This document shows, in pieces, positions 55,949 to 64,000 of a stretch of DNA of 64,000 bases; the stretch's first letter is position 1; each line of letters opens with the position of its first letter. The stretch spans positions 1,297-65,296 of the forward strand of contig JABHXF010000023.1 of assembly GCA_018657385.1 (NCBI GenBank). The letters are read 5' to 3'. This stretch comes from Candidatus Woesearchaeota archaeon. GTDB taxonomy: Archaea; Nanobdellota; Nanobdellia; Woesearchaeales; DSVV01. The position numbers were made by a program, and so were the translations under genes. A model generated the notes under the pieces. The model was not told the DNA's origin and did not search any database. It was given only the letters and a program-made list of their open reading frames with translations.

Positions 55949-57373
55949 ATGGCATGGTATCATCCAATCATTTTTAATCTTCCAGAAGTTGCAGGTCCAA
56001 CTCAAAAGAAATTAGCATTTAAAGAAAAACTTAAATGGACAGGCATTATTTTAGTTCTATTCTTTATTCTTGGTATTGTTCCTTTATTTGGTCTTGGTGA
56101 AAATGCTTTAGCAAGATTTGAATTTTTATCTGTTATCTTGGGAGCAAGTTTTGGTTCAATTATTTCATTAGGTATTGGGCCAATAGTAACATCATCTATC
56201 GTATTACAATTATTAAATGGTTCAGGAATTGTTAAATTTGATTTAACATCTCCAGATGGTAAAAGATCATTCCAAGGTATTAATAAATTATTAGCAATCT
56301 TTTTTATTGTGTTTGAAGCAGCAATATATGTTTTCATGGGTGGGTTAGCACCAGCAGCTGCATTTAAAGGCACATCTTTATATTTTTCACTTGAATTATT
56401 ATTAGTATTACAATTAATATTAGGTGGTTTACTTATATTACTAATGGATGAGATTGTTAGTAAATGGGGATTTGGTTCAGGTATCTCATTATTTATTGCA
56501 GCAGGTGTTTCAAAATCTATTTTTATTCAAGCTTTTAGTTGGGTAAAAAATACTGAATCTATTGGTGATATCACATATTCAACAGGTAAAATCCCACAAT
56601 TATTTCAATCATTGGGTGCTGGTGATCCTCAAACAGCTTTTTTAGCAATAGCAGCTATTACTGCAACTATTTTTGTGTTTGTTATTGCTGTTTATGTTCA
56701 AGCTATGAAAATTGAAATTCCTTTATCTTTTGGAAGAATTAGGGGTCATGGTATTAGGTGGCCTTTAAGTTTTACTTATGCAAATGTTATTCCTGTTATT
56801 TTAGTTTCTGCTTTACTTGCTAATATGCAATTATGGGCAAAATTATTACAAAATTGGGGTTTCCCTCTTTTAGGGGTAGTTAATGAACAAGGTGTTGCTG
56901 TTTCAGGCATAGTTTCTTGGTTATATAACCCTGGTGGTAGTCAAGGTTTAATTGGGATGATTATTCAACAAGGTGGTTTTGCTATTGGGCTTAGGCCTTA
57001 TTTGCAAGCTTTAATTTATTTACTAATTATGGTTGCTGGTTGTATGTTATTTAGTTATTTTTGGGTTCAAACATCTGGAATGGATGCAAGGTCCCAGGCA
57101 AAGCAAATGATTGGTTCAGGCTTAACAATTCCAGGTTTTAGAAGAGATGAAAGAATACTTGAAAGATTATTAACCAGATATATTGGTCCTTTAACAATCA
57201 TGGGTGGTGCAACTATTGGTTTTTTAGCAGGCTCTGCTGATATTTTAGGTGCACTTGGATCAGGAACAGGTATAATGCTTACAGTTATGATTATTTATAG
57301 GTTATATGAAGAAATTGCAAAGGAACACATGATGGATATGCACCCAGCATTAAGAAAGATGATGGGTGGATAA
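55949..57373 (+). CDS. secY: Preprotein translocase subunit SecY
   Basis: A ten-TM profile is present, with FLSVILGASFGSIISLGIGPIVTSSIVLQLL and GMDARSQAKQMIGSGLTIPGFRRD. It is in the canonical position after uL15. Confidence 0.95.
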   Translation: MAWYHPIIFNLPEVAGPTQKKLAFKEKLKWTGIILVLFFILGIVPLFGLGENALARFEFLSVILGASFGSIISLGIGPIVTSSIVLQLLNGSGIVKFDLTSPDGKRSFQGINKLLAIFFIVFEAAIYVFMGGLAPAAAFKGTSLYFSLELLLVLQLILGGLLILLMDEIVSKWGFGSGISLFIAAGVSKSIFIQAFSWVKNTESIGDITYSTGKIPQLFQSLGAGDPQTAFLAIAAITATIFVFVIAVYVQAMKIEIPLSFGRIRGHGIRWPLSFTYANVIPVILVSALLANMQLWAKLLQNWGFPLLGVVNEQGVAVSGIVSWLYNPGGSQGLIGMIIQQGGFAIGLRPYLQALIYLLIMVAGCMLFSYFWVQTSGMDARSQAKQMIGSGLTIPGFRRDERILERLLTRYIGPLTIMGGATIGFLAGSADILGALGSGTGIMLTVMIIYRLYEEIAKEHMMDMHPALRKMMGG

Positions 57374-57467
57374 ATAACTTATTTATATTTCCTATTTATC
57401 ATAATTAATAATTAACTTTAAGAATTTAATTATAAGAATTTTATAATAAGAGAGGTAAAATAAAAAG

Positions 57468-58334
57468 ATGGTGTTTGAATCAATAAGTCTAGTATTTCAA
57501 TCAATATTAAATCCTATTTTTTCTCCATTACTTAGAATGCCTTTCTTGTTATCAATTATTTTAATTTCTTTTTTGATATCATTACTTATTGTTCTAGTAT
57601 ACAAAAAATTTACTAATCAAAGTTTAATGAAGGAATTAAAAGAAGAAATAAAAGAATTACAAAAACAGATGAAAGATTTAAGAGATAAACCTCAAGAAAT
57701 GATGAAGATTCAGAAGCGAGCAATGGAAACTAATATGAAATATATGATGCATTCTTTAAAACCAACATTATATACTTTTATTCCAATTATTATCATTTTT
57801 GGTTGGCTTAACACTCATATGGCTTATTATCCCTTAGTTGAGGATCAAGAATTTAGTGTTTTATTGGAATTTGTTGAAGAGGCAAAAGGTAATATTGAAT
57901 TTATAGAAACACAAGATATGGAATTATTAAATGATCCAAGTCAGACAATATTAGAAAATCAAGTGAAATTTGTATTAAAAGGAAAAGTAGGAGAATATAC
58001 TCTCAATTTTAAATATCTCCCTGAAATTGTAAGCAATAATGAAACAGATAATGATGAAAGGGGAATTAATGAAACAAAAAATAATGAATTATTTTCTAAA
58101 GATATCATTATTATAGAATCTGATGGTGATCGTGTTTACAAAAGACCAATGGAAGTATTTAGAAAGCAATCTTTAAGGAGAATAACTGTAAGTAATCAAA
58201 AGATACTTGCTTTTGAAGGTATTCCAGTTCTTCAAGATATTCCTTGGGTAGGTGGCTTTGGTTGGCTTGGCAGCTATATCTTATTTTCTTTAGTATTTAG
58301 TTTAGGATTAAGAAGAATAATGAAAATTTATTAA
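57468..58334 (+). CDS. DUF106 / archaeal YidC-Oxa1-like membrane insertase homolog with a large insertion
   Basis: TM1 is followed by the coiled coil MKELKEEIKELQKQMKDLRDKPQEMMKIQKRAMETNMKYMMHSLKP, then TM2. A ~150-aa hydrophilic insert precedes the last TM. The position after secY is conserved. Confidence 0.7.
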   Translation: MVFESISLVFQSILNPIFSPLLRMPFLLSIILISFLISLLIVLVYKKFTNQSLMKELKEEIKELQKQMKDLRDKPQEMMKIQKRAMETNMKYMMHSLKPTLYTFIPIIIIFGWLNTHMAYYPLVEDQEFSVLLEFVEEAKGNIEFIETQDMELLNDPSQTILENQVKFVLKGKVGEYTLNFKYLPEIVSNNETDNDERGINETKNNELFSKDIIIIESDGDRVYKRPMEVFRKQSLRRITVSNQKILAFEGIPVLQDIPWVGGFGWLGSYILFSLVFSLGLRRIMKIY

Positions 58335-58411
58335 TTCTTTTTTTATTTTAATTATTCTCAATTAAGACACTTATTAATCTTATTAAATCTATACTAAAAC
58401 ACACCAAAACC

Positions 58412-58419
58412 TTTATAAA
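58412..58419 (+). promoter_or_regulatory. TATA box (TTTATAAA) for rpl34e
   Basis: Its centre is ~28 nt upstream of the ATG at 58444. Confidence 0.55.
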
Positions 58420-58443
58420 CCCCTGGTTAATTCTAATAGTAAA

Positions 58444-58713
58444 ATGGTCTCTCCAAAACATAGGTCTGGGTCAAAAAGAAAGGTTTTTGTCAAAACACCA
58501 GGTGGCAAAACTACAACCCATTATAGAAAAAGAAAGCCTTCAAGTGCTAAATGTGGTAGTTGTGGCGCTGTTTTAAAAGGTGTTCCAAGAGAATTACCTA
58601 GTAAAATGAAGAATTTACCTAAGACTGCTAAACGTCCACAAAGACCTTTTGGTGGAGTTTTATGTACAAAGTGTATGAGGAGCAAATTTAAGACTGTTGC
58701 AAGGGCAAAATAA
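58444..58713 (+). CDS. rpl34e: 50S ribosomal protein eL34
   Basis: Contains HRSGSKRKVFVKTPGGKTTTHYRKRKPSSAKCGSCGAVLKGV. Confidence 0.92.
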   Translation: MVSPKHRSGSKRKVFVKTPGGKTTTHYRKRKPSSAKCGSCGAVLKGVPRELPSKMKNLPKTAKRPQRPFGGVLCTKCMRSKFKTVARAK

Positions 58714-58857
58714 TTATATTAATAATTGTGTAGCAAATTAGCATAATTAATGCTACAAAAAGACAATTGTTATCTCTTTTGTTTGTAGGTAACTATAAAT
58801 GTTATTTTAAGCTTTATTTGATGATAAAAAGCTTAGAAGAGATGGTAGGTGAAAAAA

Positions 58858-59379
58858 ATGTTTGAAATAGGAAGATTATGTATGAAATTAGCTGGTAGAG
58901 ATGCTGGTAAAAAATGTGTTGTTGTTGATGTTCTAGATGATAATTATGTATTAATTGATGGTCAAACCAGAAGAAAAAAGTGTAATTTAAAGCATTTGGA
59001 ACCATTAAATATTGTATTAAAATTAGATAAAAATGCATCAAATAAGGTAGTTATAGATGCACTTAAAGAAGAAAATATTGATTGTTTAGAAAAGAAAGAA
59101 AAAGAAAAGAAAGCTGTTACTACAAGACCTAAAAAACAGAAAGTTGTTAAGAATAAAGGACCAAAAACAAAAAAAGCAGATAAGAAATCAAAGGCAAAAT
59201 ATTCAAAAACTGCTAAATCTACAACTGTTGATAAACCAGCAACTGATGCAAAGAAACCTGAAGTAAAAAAGGTCGAAGCAAAGAAACCTGAAGTAGAAAA
59301 GGTTGAAGTAAAGAAACCTGAAGTAGAAAAGATTGAAGCAAAGAAACCTGAAGTAGAAAAGGTTGAAGCAAAAAAATAA
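58858..59379 (+). CDS. rpl14e: 50S ribosomal protein eL14 with a ~90-aa Lys-rich tail ending in tandem decapeptide repeats
   Basis: The KOW core is MFEIGRLCMKLAGRDAGKKCVVVDVLDDNYVLIDG. The ATG at 58858 sits 5 nt after an AGGTGA SD. Confidence 0.88.
   Translation: MFEIGRLCMKLAGRDAGKKCVVVDVLDDNYVLIDGQTRRKKCNLKHLEPLNIVLKLDKNASNKVVIDALKEENIDCLEKKEKEKKAVTTRPKKQKVVKNKGPKTKKADKKSKAKYSKTAKSTTVDKPATDAKKPEVKKVEAKKPEVEKVEVKKPEVEKIEAKKPEVEKVEAKK
59248..59367 (+). repeat. Four near-identical 30-bp in-frame tandem repeats (AKKPEVEKVE) at the 3' end of rpl14e
   Basis: The unit GCAAAGAAACCTGAAGTAGAAAAGGTTGAA starts at 59248, 59278, 59308 and 59338, with 1-3 substitutions per copy. A partial fifth copy runs into the stop. 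Confidence 0.9.
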
Positions 59380-59447
59380 ACTTAAATTAACTCAAATTTA
59401 CTTCAAAAACAAAATCATTATATACTTCTTTTTATTTATTCTTATAT

Positions 59448-60293
59448 ATGGTTAATTATCTTAAAGAATTGAAACAAACTTGGAAATTATATCTAAATAA
59501 TCTTATTGTCTTATTGCCTGCTTTTTTTTCCACTATTGCTTTTTTATTGGTTCTGCTTCTTGCAGGCTTAGAATTTTTATTTATCACTTTATTAGCAACA
59601 GGTTCAACTTTTGTATTTGATAATTTTGTATTCTCTTCTTTAATTATTACTTTAATTGTCTTATTTAGTATTTTTGATCTTGTTTTATTAATTTTAATTA
59701 ATTCCTATTTTGAAGGTATGATTATTGGGATGTTTAAAGATGTTTGTATTAAAAGAAAAACTTCCATGGCTTCGCTTTTACCCTTTGGAAAAAAGTATGT
59801 GTTCACATTATTTAAAATTAGACTATTTAAGTTTTTTATTCTTTCTTTTTTCCCATTAATTATTTTATCAATTATTCCTTCTTTACTATTTATTTTTAAA
59901 AATTACATTTTTGGAATTATTATTACTATTTTATTCAGCTTAATTTTCATTGTATACTCTCTTTTTATTATGTTTGGATTCTTTTTTATCCAACCTATTA
60001 TTACAACAGAAAACAATACTAATCTTTTTTTCTTAGTCAAGAAAAGTTTTACTTATTCTTTTCAAAATCCAACATTAGTTTTTGCAACTTTTGGTGTCGG
60101 TATTGTATTGGGGATTTTAACTAGTATGGCTTTGTTACCTGTAATTATTATTGAGAGGATTATGGCTATTGTCTTTCCCCTTATTATTTTTGTTACTGTC
60201 CCTATTCGAGTAATTGTACAGTTTTTCATTACCTTTTTCGTGGCATTATTTAAATTTAAGGTATATTATTCAGAAAACAAAATTAAAAAGTGA
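59448..60293 (+). CDS. Polytopic membrane protein, unknown function (281 aa)
   Basis: About six long hydrophobic segments are present. No motif was recognised, and in particular no GxGD that would suggest a prepilin peptidase. Confidence 0.55.
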   Translation: MVNYLKELKQTWKLYLNNLIVLLPAFFSTIAFLLVLLLAGLEFLFITLLATGSTFVFDNFVFSSLIITLIVLFSIFDLVLLILINSYFEGMIIGMFKDVCIKRKTSMASLLPFGKKYVFTLFKIRLFKFFILSFFPLIILSIIPSLLFIFKNYIFGIIITILFSLIFIVYSLFIMFGFFFIQPIITTENNTNLFFLVKKSFTYSFQNPTLVFATFGVGIVLGILTSMALLPVIIIERIMAIVFPLIIFVTVPIRVIVQFFITFFVALFKFKVYYSENKIKK

Positions 60294-60348
60294 TTAATCT
60301 ATTCTAATTTTTTAAATTATTAAACTACTATTAGATATATTCAAACAT

Positions 60349-62004
60349 TTACTCCATATCAACTAATTTAAATAACTCACTTAAGTTAAGTTCAAATGCA
60401 CTAACTGGCATATCTAACTCAAAGTTTTCAAGAACTTGCGGGTGCATTTCACCAATTATTGCTACTTTTTTACCATTGACGATTACTCTTCCAACTCTAC
60501 CTTGAATAAATGAAGGATGTTCATAATCAATAATCTTAAACTCTAAATTTAACATTCTTAATAAATAATCTAATATTTGTTTAATCTCTGTATAATCTAT
60601 TGTTTGGTGTGAACTTGCTACTCCTAATCTTGTAAACTCCTCAACATTTGATTCTGCATTTCCTCCTTTTTTAAACACAACACCTATATCATATATTTTT
60701 TGTGGATATTCATAATGTTTATTATGCTTAAATACATTCATTAAGCAAGGTAACATCCATGACCTTAATGTATTATATTCTTCAGTTGTTGGGTTTGATA
60801 GATTCACACACTCTATTTTTGCATTCATTTTTTTAATTTGATCATCTTTGTTGATTAAATGATATGAACAAGTTTCAATTAAACCAAGTCCTACTAATAT
60901 ATTTGCAACTCTGCTCTTGAATGCTTCAAATTTATCTCCTTCTGCAATTGTACTTACTTTGGGTATCTCTTCTTCAAAGTTTTCAAATCCAAATGCAATA
61001 GCAATATCTTCAGCTACATCTATTGCATGCATAACATCTGCCCTATATGCAGGAACTAAGACATTTCCAGATTCATAACCATATCCCATTTTTTCTAAAT
61101 GTTTTTTCATATCTTTTTCTTTTAATTCAAGACCTATTTTTTGATTAACATAATTAACATCAACTTTCATCTTTGTGGGTGTTAAATTAGGTGTTGTAAT
61201 TGTTTTATTTTCATAAACAATGTCCATTGATTCTACTTTTCCACCCATGTCTGCGAAAAGAGCAGCTAATATGTTTAAACCAATTTTTTGATACTCTAAA
61301 TCAAAACCACTAAATTCAATAAATATGTCTGTTGTTTTCTCATTTATTTTTCCAGTTAAATGTGAATTGATAATTGGTGTTAATGACATAATCTTATTAT
61401 CAGAATCTATGAATACGGCAAACTTATTTAATCCCTCAACTAAATGTGCATAATCTCTACCTGCTGGATGCTGACTTAATACTTGTAATCCAGTCATTTC
61501 TTTACTTGCTTCTAATGGTCTGAATTTTATTTCTTTAGGTTTCATTGCCTTGAAATAGATTGGTAATTTAATATTTTCTAATGGATAAATACCAATTGCT
61601 GCTTTTTTTCTATTTCTACAAAAAGTTGTATGTAATTTTTCTTGAACTTGGATAACTTCTCTAATCTTCTCATCGTCAAACTTTAAATTTCTAACAATTG
61701 CACATACAGTGTAGGGTCTTATTTTTTCCATACCTTTTTCAACAATAACTCTTTGTCCTGATTTTTTAATATCGTATTTTCTTAATCCTGTTTTTACACC
61801 AATAAAAGAACTAAATGCTCTTGCAAAACCTTGTTCAGATAACATGTCTGGTCTATTTGGAAATATTTCTACTTGGATTTCATTACCTTCAATTTTTTCT
61901 AGATCTGTTCCTAACATACTTATACGATCTTTTAATTTATCTAAAGGTAATTTTTTTCCTACAAGTTTTTCAAAAACATTTTTGTTTAGTGTTACAGTTG
62001 GCAT
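60349..62004 (-). CDS. pheT: Phenylalanyl-tRNA synthetase beta subunit (archaeal type)
   Basis: Contains MPTVTLNKNVFEKLVGKKLPLDKLKDRISMLGTDLE and EIFPNRPDMLSEQGFARAF. It lies directly downstream of pheS. Confidence 0.92.
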   Translation of the reverse strand: MPTVTLNKNVFEKLVGKKLPLDKLKDRISMLGTDLEKIEGNEIQVEIFPNRPDMLSEQGFARAFSSFIGVKTGLRKYDIKKSGQRVIVEKGMEKIRPYTVCAIVRNLKFDDEKIREVIQVQEKLHTTFCRNRKKAAIGIYPLENIKLPIYFKAMKPKEIKFRPLEASKEMTGLQVLSQHPAGRDYAHLVEGLNKFAVFIDSDNKIMSLTPIINSHLTGKINEKTTDIFIEFSGFDLEYQKIGLNILAALFADMGGKVESMDIVYENKTITTPNLTPTKMKVDVNYVNQKIGLELKEKDMKKHLEKMGYGYESGNVLVPAYRADVMHAIDVAEDIAIAFGFENFEEEIPKVSTIAEGDKFEAFKSRVANILVGLGLIETCSYHLINKDDQIKKMNAKIECVNLSNPTTEEYNTLRSWMLPCLMNVFKHNKHYEYPQKIYDIGVVFKKGGNAESNVEEFTRLGVASSHQTIDYTEIKQILDYLLRMLNLEFKIIDYEHPSFIQGRVGRVIVNGKKVAIIGEMHPQVLENFELDMPVSAFELNLSELFKLVDME

Positions 62005-62040
62005 TTTTTCCCTTTTAATTGTATTTAATTTGATATCTTT

Positions 62041-63588
62041 TTATAATCTCATCCATGCTTTCATCTCTTTTAGTTGTTTTAAATCATTTCTATATAAATC
62101 TCGAATATCTTTGATCTTGTAAGCTGATGTAATCATTCTATCTAATCCTGGTCCCCATGCTAATACTGGAACATCTCTTCCAAGTAATGGTTTAACAACT
62201 TCAGGTCTGAAAATACCTGCTGCTATAAATTCAATCCATTTTTCATGTACGGGATCATAAACATCTCCTTCTAATGATGGCTCTGTATAAGGAAAATAAG
62301 CAGGCCTAAATCTAACCTTAGGGAAACCCATCTTCTTTGCAAACTCTCTTAAATAACCCATTAAATGCTTTAAGTTTGCATTCTCATCTATAACAATTCC
62401 TTCTGTTTGATTAAATTCAAATAAATGTGACCAATCAAGTGTTTCATTTCTAAAACACTTACCAACTGAGAAAAATTTAGCTGGCATTTCAGATTCTTTT
62501 AATTCTGCTAAAGTTTTTGCACTTAAACAAGTTGTATGTGTTCTTAATACATTTCTTTTTGCATCTTCTTTATTCCAATTATAACGCCAACCTCTACTGC
62601 CTGTGGTTCCTCCATTTTCATGAACTGCTTTTACTTGTTCAACTAATTTTTTATTTGGAAGGTTACCTTTTTCAGGATCTTTTATGTAATAAGTGTCTTG
62701 TAATTCTCTAACTGGGTGATCTTGTGCTGTAAATAATGCATCAAAGTTCCAAAATGATGTTGTTAGCATTGGACCAGTCATTTCTTTAAAACCCATGTCT
62801 AACCATATTCGTTGTGCATATTCGATTGCTTGATTGACAAAATGTCTTTTACCTCCACTAATTTGTGGAACATTAATCTTAACATCATATCTTCTAAATG
62901 TTTTTCCTTTCCATTTTCCTGTTTTTAACATTTCAGGTGTTAGTCTATCAACTACTTTAATATTATCTATTCCTGATTTTGCAACTTTTTCTCCTAGTTT
63001 TGTTAATTTTGCTCTAAATGTTCTTACTTTTTGTATAATTACGAATTCTTTTCTTTTTTTGAAGTTATCCAATACAAATTTTTCTTCATCTTTTAATTCT
63101 TCTAGGTTTATTTCTTCTGATAATAATCTTTTTAGAAATAATTCTTCTAATGATTCTTTGTTTAATAATTTTTTACCATGTTCAGTGATAGAAATAATCA
63201 TCTCTTTTCCATCTCTTTTTATATCGATTGCTACTTTTCTTTTTAGAATTCCAATACATGCATTAACTTCATCTCTTTGCAGTTTTGCTTTTTTTGCAAT
63301 TTCATCTAAATTCATTGCTTTGTCTTTGATGGCTTGAATAAATCTTTTTTCAGGCAATCCCTTGCTAGCTGCTTCTTTTCCTGTTTTATCTAATTGTAAA
63401 ACTTCTCTTGCATCTTCTTCAATTTTTACAATCTCTTTATTTTCTAGCCATTGAAATGCTCTCATAACTCCTGCTAATGGTAGTTTTGTTTTTTCAATTA
63501 TTTTATTCAAAGAATCATGCTTAACAAGAATTGGTAAGACTTGTCTTTCTAATGGGTGTAATCCCTCAATAACCTTTTTAATATCCAT
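62041..63588 (-). CDS. pheS: Phenylalanyl-tRNA synthetase alpha subunit
   Basis: Class II motifs are present: FRNETLDWSHLFEFNQTEG, FRPAYFPYTEPSLEGDV and AWGPGLDR. TTTATAAA at 63611-63618 lies ~27 nt upstream of the ATG. Confidence 0.93.
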   Translation of the reverse strand: MDIKKVIEGLHPLERQVLPILVKHDSLNKIIEKTKLPLAGVMRAFQWLENKEIVKIEEDAREVLQLDKTGKEAASKGLPEKRFIQAIKDKAMNLDEIAKKAKLQRDEVNACIGILKRKVAIDIKRDGKEMIISITEHGKKLLNKESLEELFLKRLLSEEINLEELKDEEKFVLDNFKKRKEFVIIQKVRTFRAKLTKLGEKVAKSGIDNIKVVDRLTPEMLKTGKWKGKTFRRYDVKINVPQISGGKRHFVNQAIEYAQRIWLDMGFKEMTGPMLTTSFWNFDALFTAQDHPVRELQDTYYIKDPEKGNLPNKKLVEQVKAVHENGGTTGSRGWRYNWNKEDAKRNVLRTHTTCLSAKTLAELKESEMPAKFFSVGKCFRNETLDWSHLFEFNQTEGIVIDENANLKHLMGYLREFAKKMGFPKVRFRPAYFPYTEPSLEGDVYDPVHEKWIEFIAAGIFRPEVVKPLLGRDVPVLAWGPGLDRMITSAYKIKDIRDLYRNDLKQLKEMKAWMRL

Positions 63589-63723
63589 AAGATGTATAAA
63601 CCGATTAGTATTTATAAAAGTTACGAATAGATTAATAGATATATGGTTTTATATACAATATGCTGTTGAAACAAGTTATTTCAAAATTTTAATTAAGAAT
63701 AAAAATAATAAAAAAAGAAGAAA

Positions 63724-64000
63724 TTACTTCTTATAAGGTTTCATGCCTTTCCATGCTAAGTCATACAAATTATACATTGCACTTGCAAAGAATGGTGTGT
63801 TTACCCAAATTCCAATATCGTATGTTGGGTGGACATCTGAATCATCCATAACCATAAAGATTATTTCTTTCCCATCAACAACACAGAATCTTGCTTTTGA
63901 ATCAGTAGTTTTTACTTCTGCAACATCTTTGATTTCTTTCATTGCATTATGGCATTCTTTTGTAATTGGTGCTGCAATTCTAATCTTAACTCCTCTTTTC
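63724..64000 (-). CDS. TrmB-family regulator, C-terminal domain; partial, runs off the window end
   Basis: The frame stays open upstream of the M given in the ORF track (...KRGVKIRIAAPITKECHNAMKEIKD...). ARFCVVDGKEIIFMVMDDSDVHPTYDIGIWVNTPFFASAMYNLYDLAWKG is typical of the TrmB C-terminal domain. Confidence 0.6.
   Translation of the reverse strand, partial: KRGVKIRIAAPITKECHNAMKEIKDVAEVKTTDSKARFCVVDGKEIIFMVMDDSDVHPTYDIGIWVNTPFFASAMYNLYDLAWKGMKPYKK

Noticed and set aside
1-64000. Mobile elements, prophage or defence islands (transposase, integrase, restriction-modification, toxin-antitoxin).
   Set aside because: No ORF shows DDE or tyrosine/serine recombinase motifs, no terminal inverted repeats were seen, and the tRNA is not flanked by a duplicated 3' half. 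The Mrr-like domain protein has no adjacent methyltransferase.

Overview
Strongly AT-rich archaeal chromosome segment (roughly 30% G+C by eye, not computed). The archaeal assignment rests on aIF2-beta, FEN1, RFC small subunit, PAN, an archaeal-type TyrRS and PheRS, e-type ribosomal proteins and SecY. The reduced gene context suggests a DPANN-like lineage, but that is inference only. About a third of the window is housekeeping. A complete uL3-to-uL15-SecY ribosomal protein cluster spans 42.6-57.4 kb, followed by a DUF106 insertase, eL34 and eL14. Many of these ribosomal proteins carry unusual Lys/Glu-rich tails. The accessory part is more interesting. (1) At 0.2-16.8 kb, eight co-directional genes encode three giant, acidic, cysteine-rich exported proteins (1357, 820 and 2226 aa). 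They are followed by five prepilin-like (class III signal) proteins, ending in a 92-aa six-Cys candidate major pilin. I read this as an adhesive-pilus minor-pilin/tip-adhesin locus. No assembly ATPase, platform protein or prepilin peptidase is present in the window. (2) At 22.7-29.2 kb, a 1100-aa polytopic membrane protein has an ectodomain with a lytic-transglycosylase-like motif. It is followed by three paralogous lipobox proteins. (3) A further prepilin-like protein with a duplicated Cys-rich module (39.9-41.5 kb) sits next to a 163-nt tRNA-Arg(UCU) candidate that seems to carry three introns. There is also an isolated 75-nt GC-rich, stem-closed element at 38.5 kb. TTTATAAA-type TATA boxes sit about 27 nt upstream of many start codons, implying leaderless mRNAs. 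I found no CRISPR array, transposase, integrase or rRNA. All domain calls come from motif recognition by eye and no searches were run.
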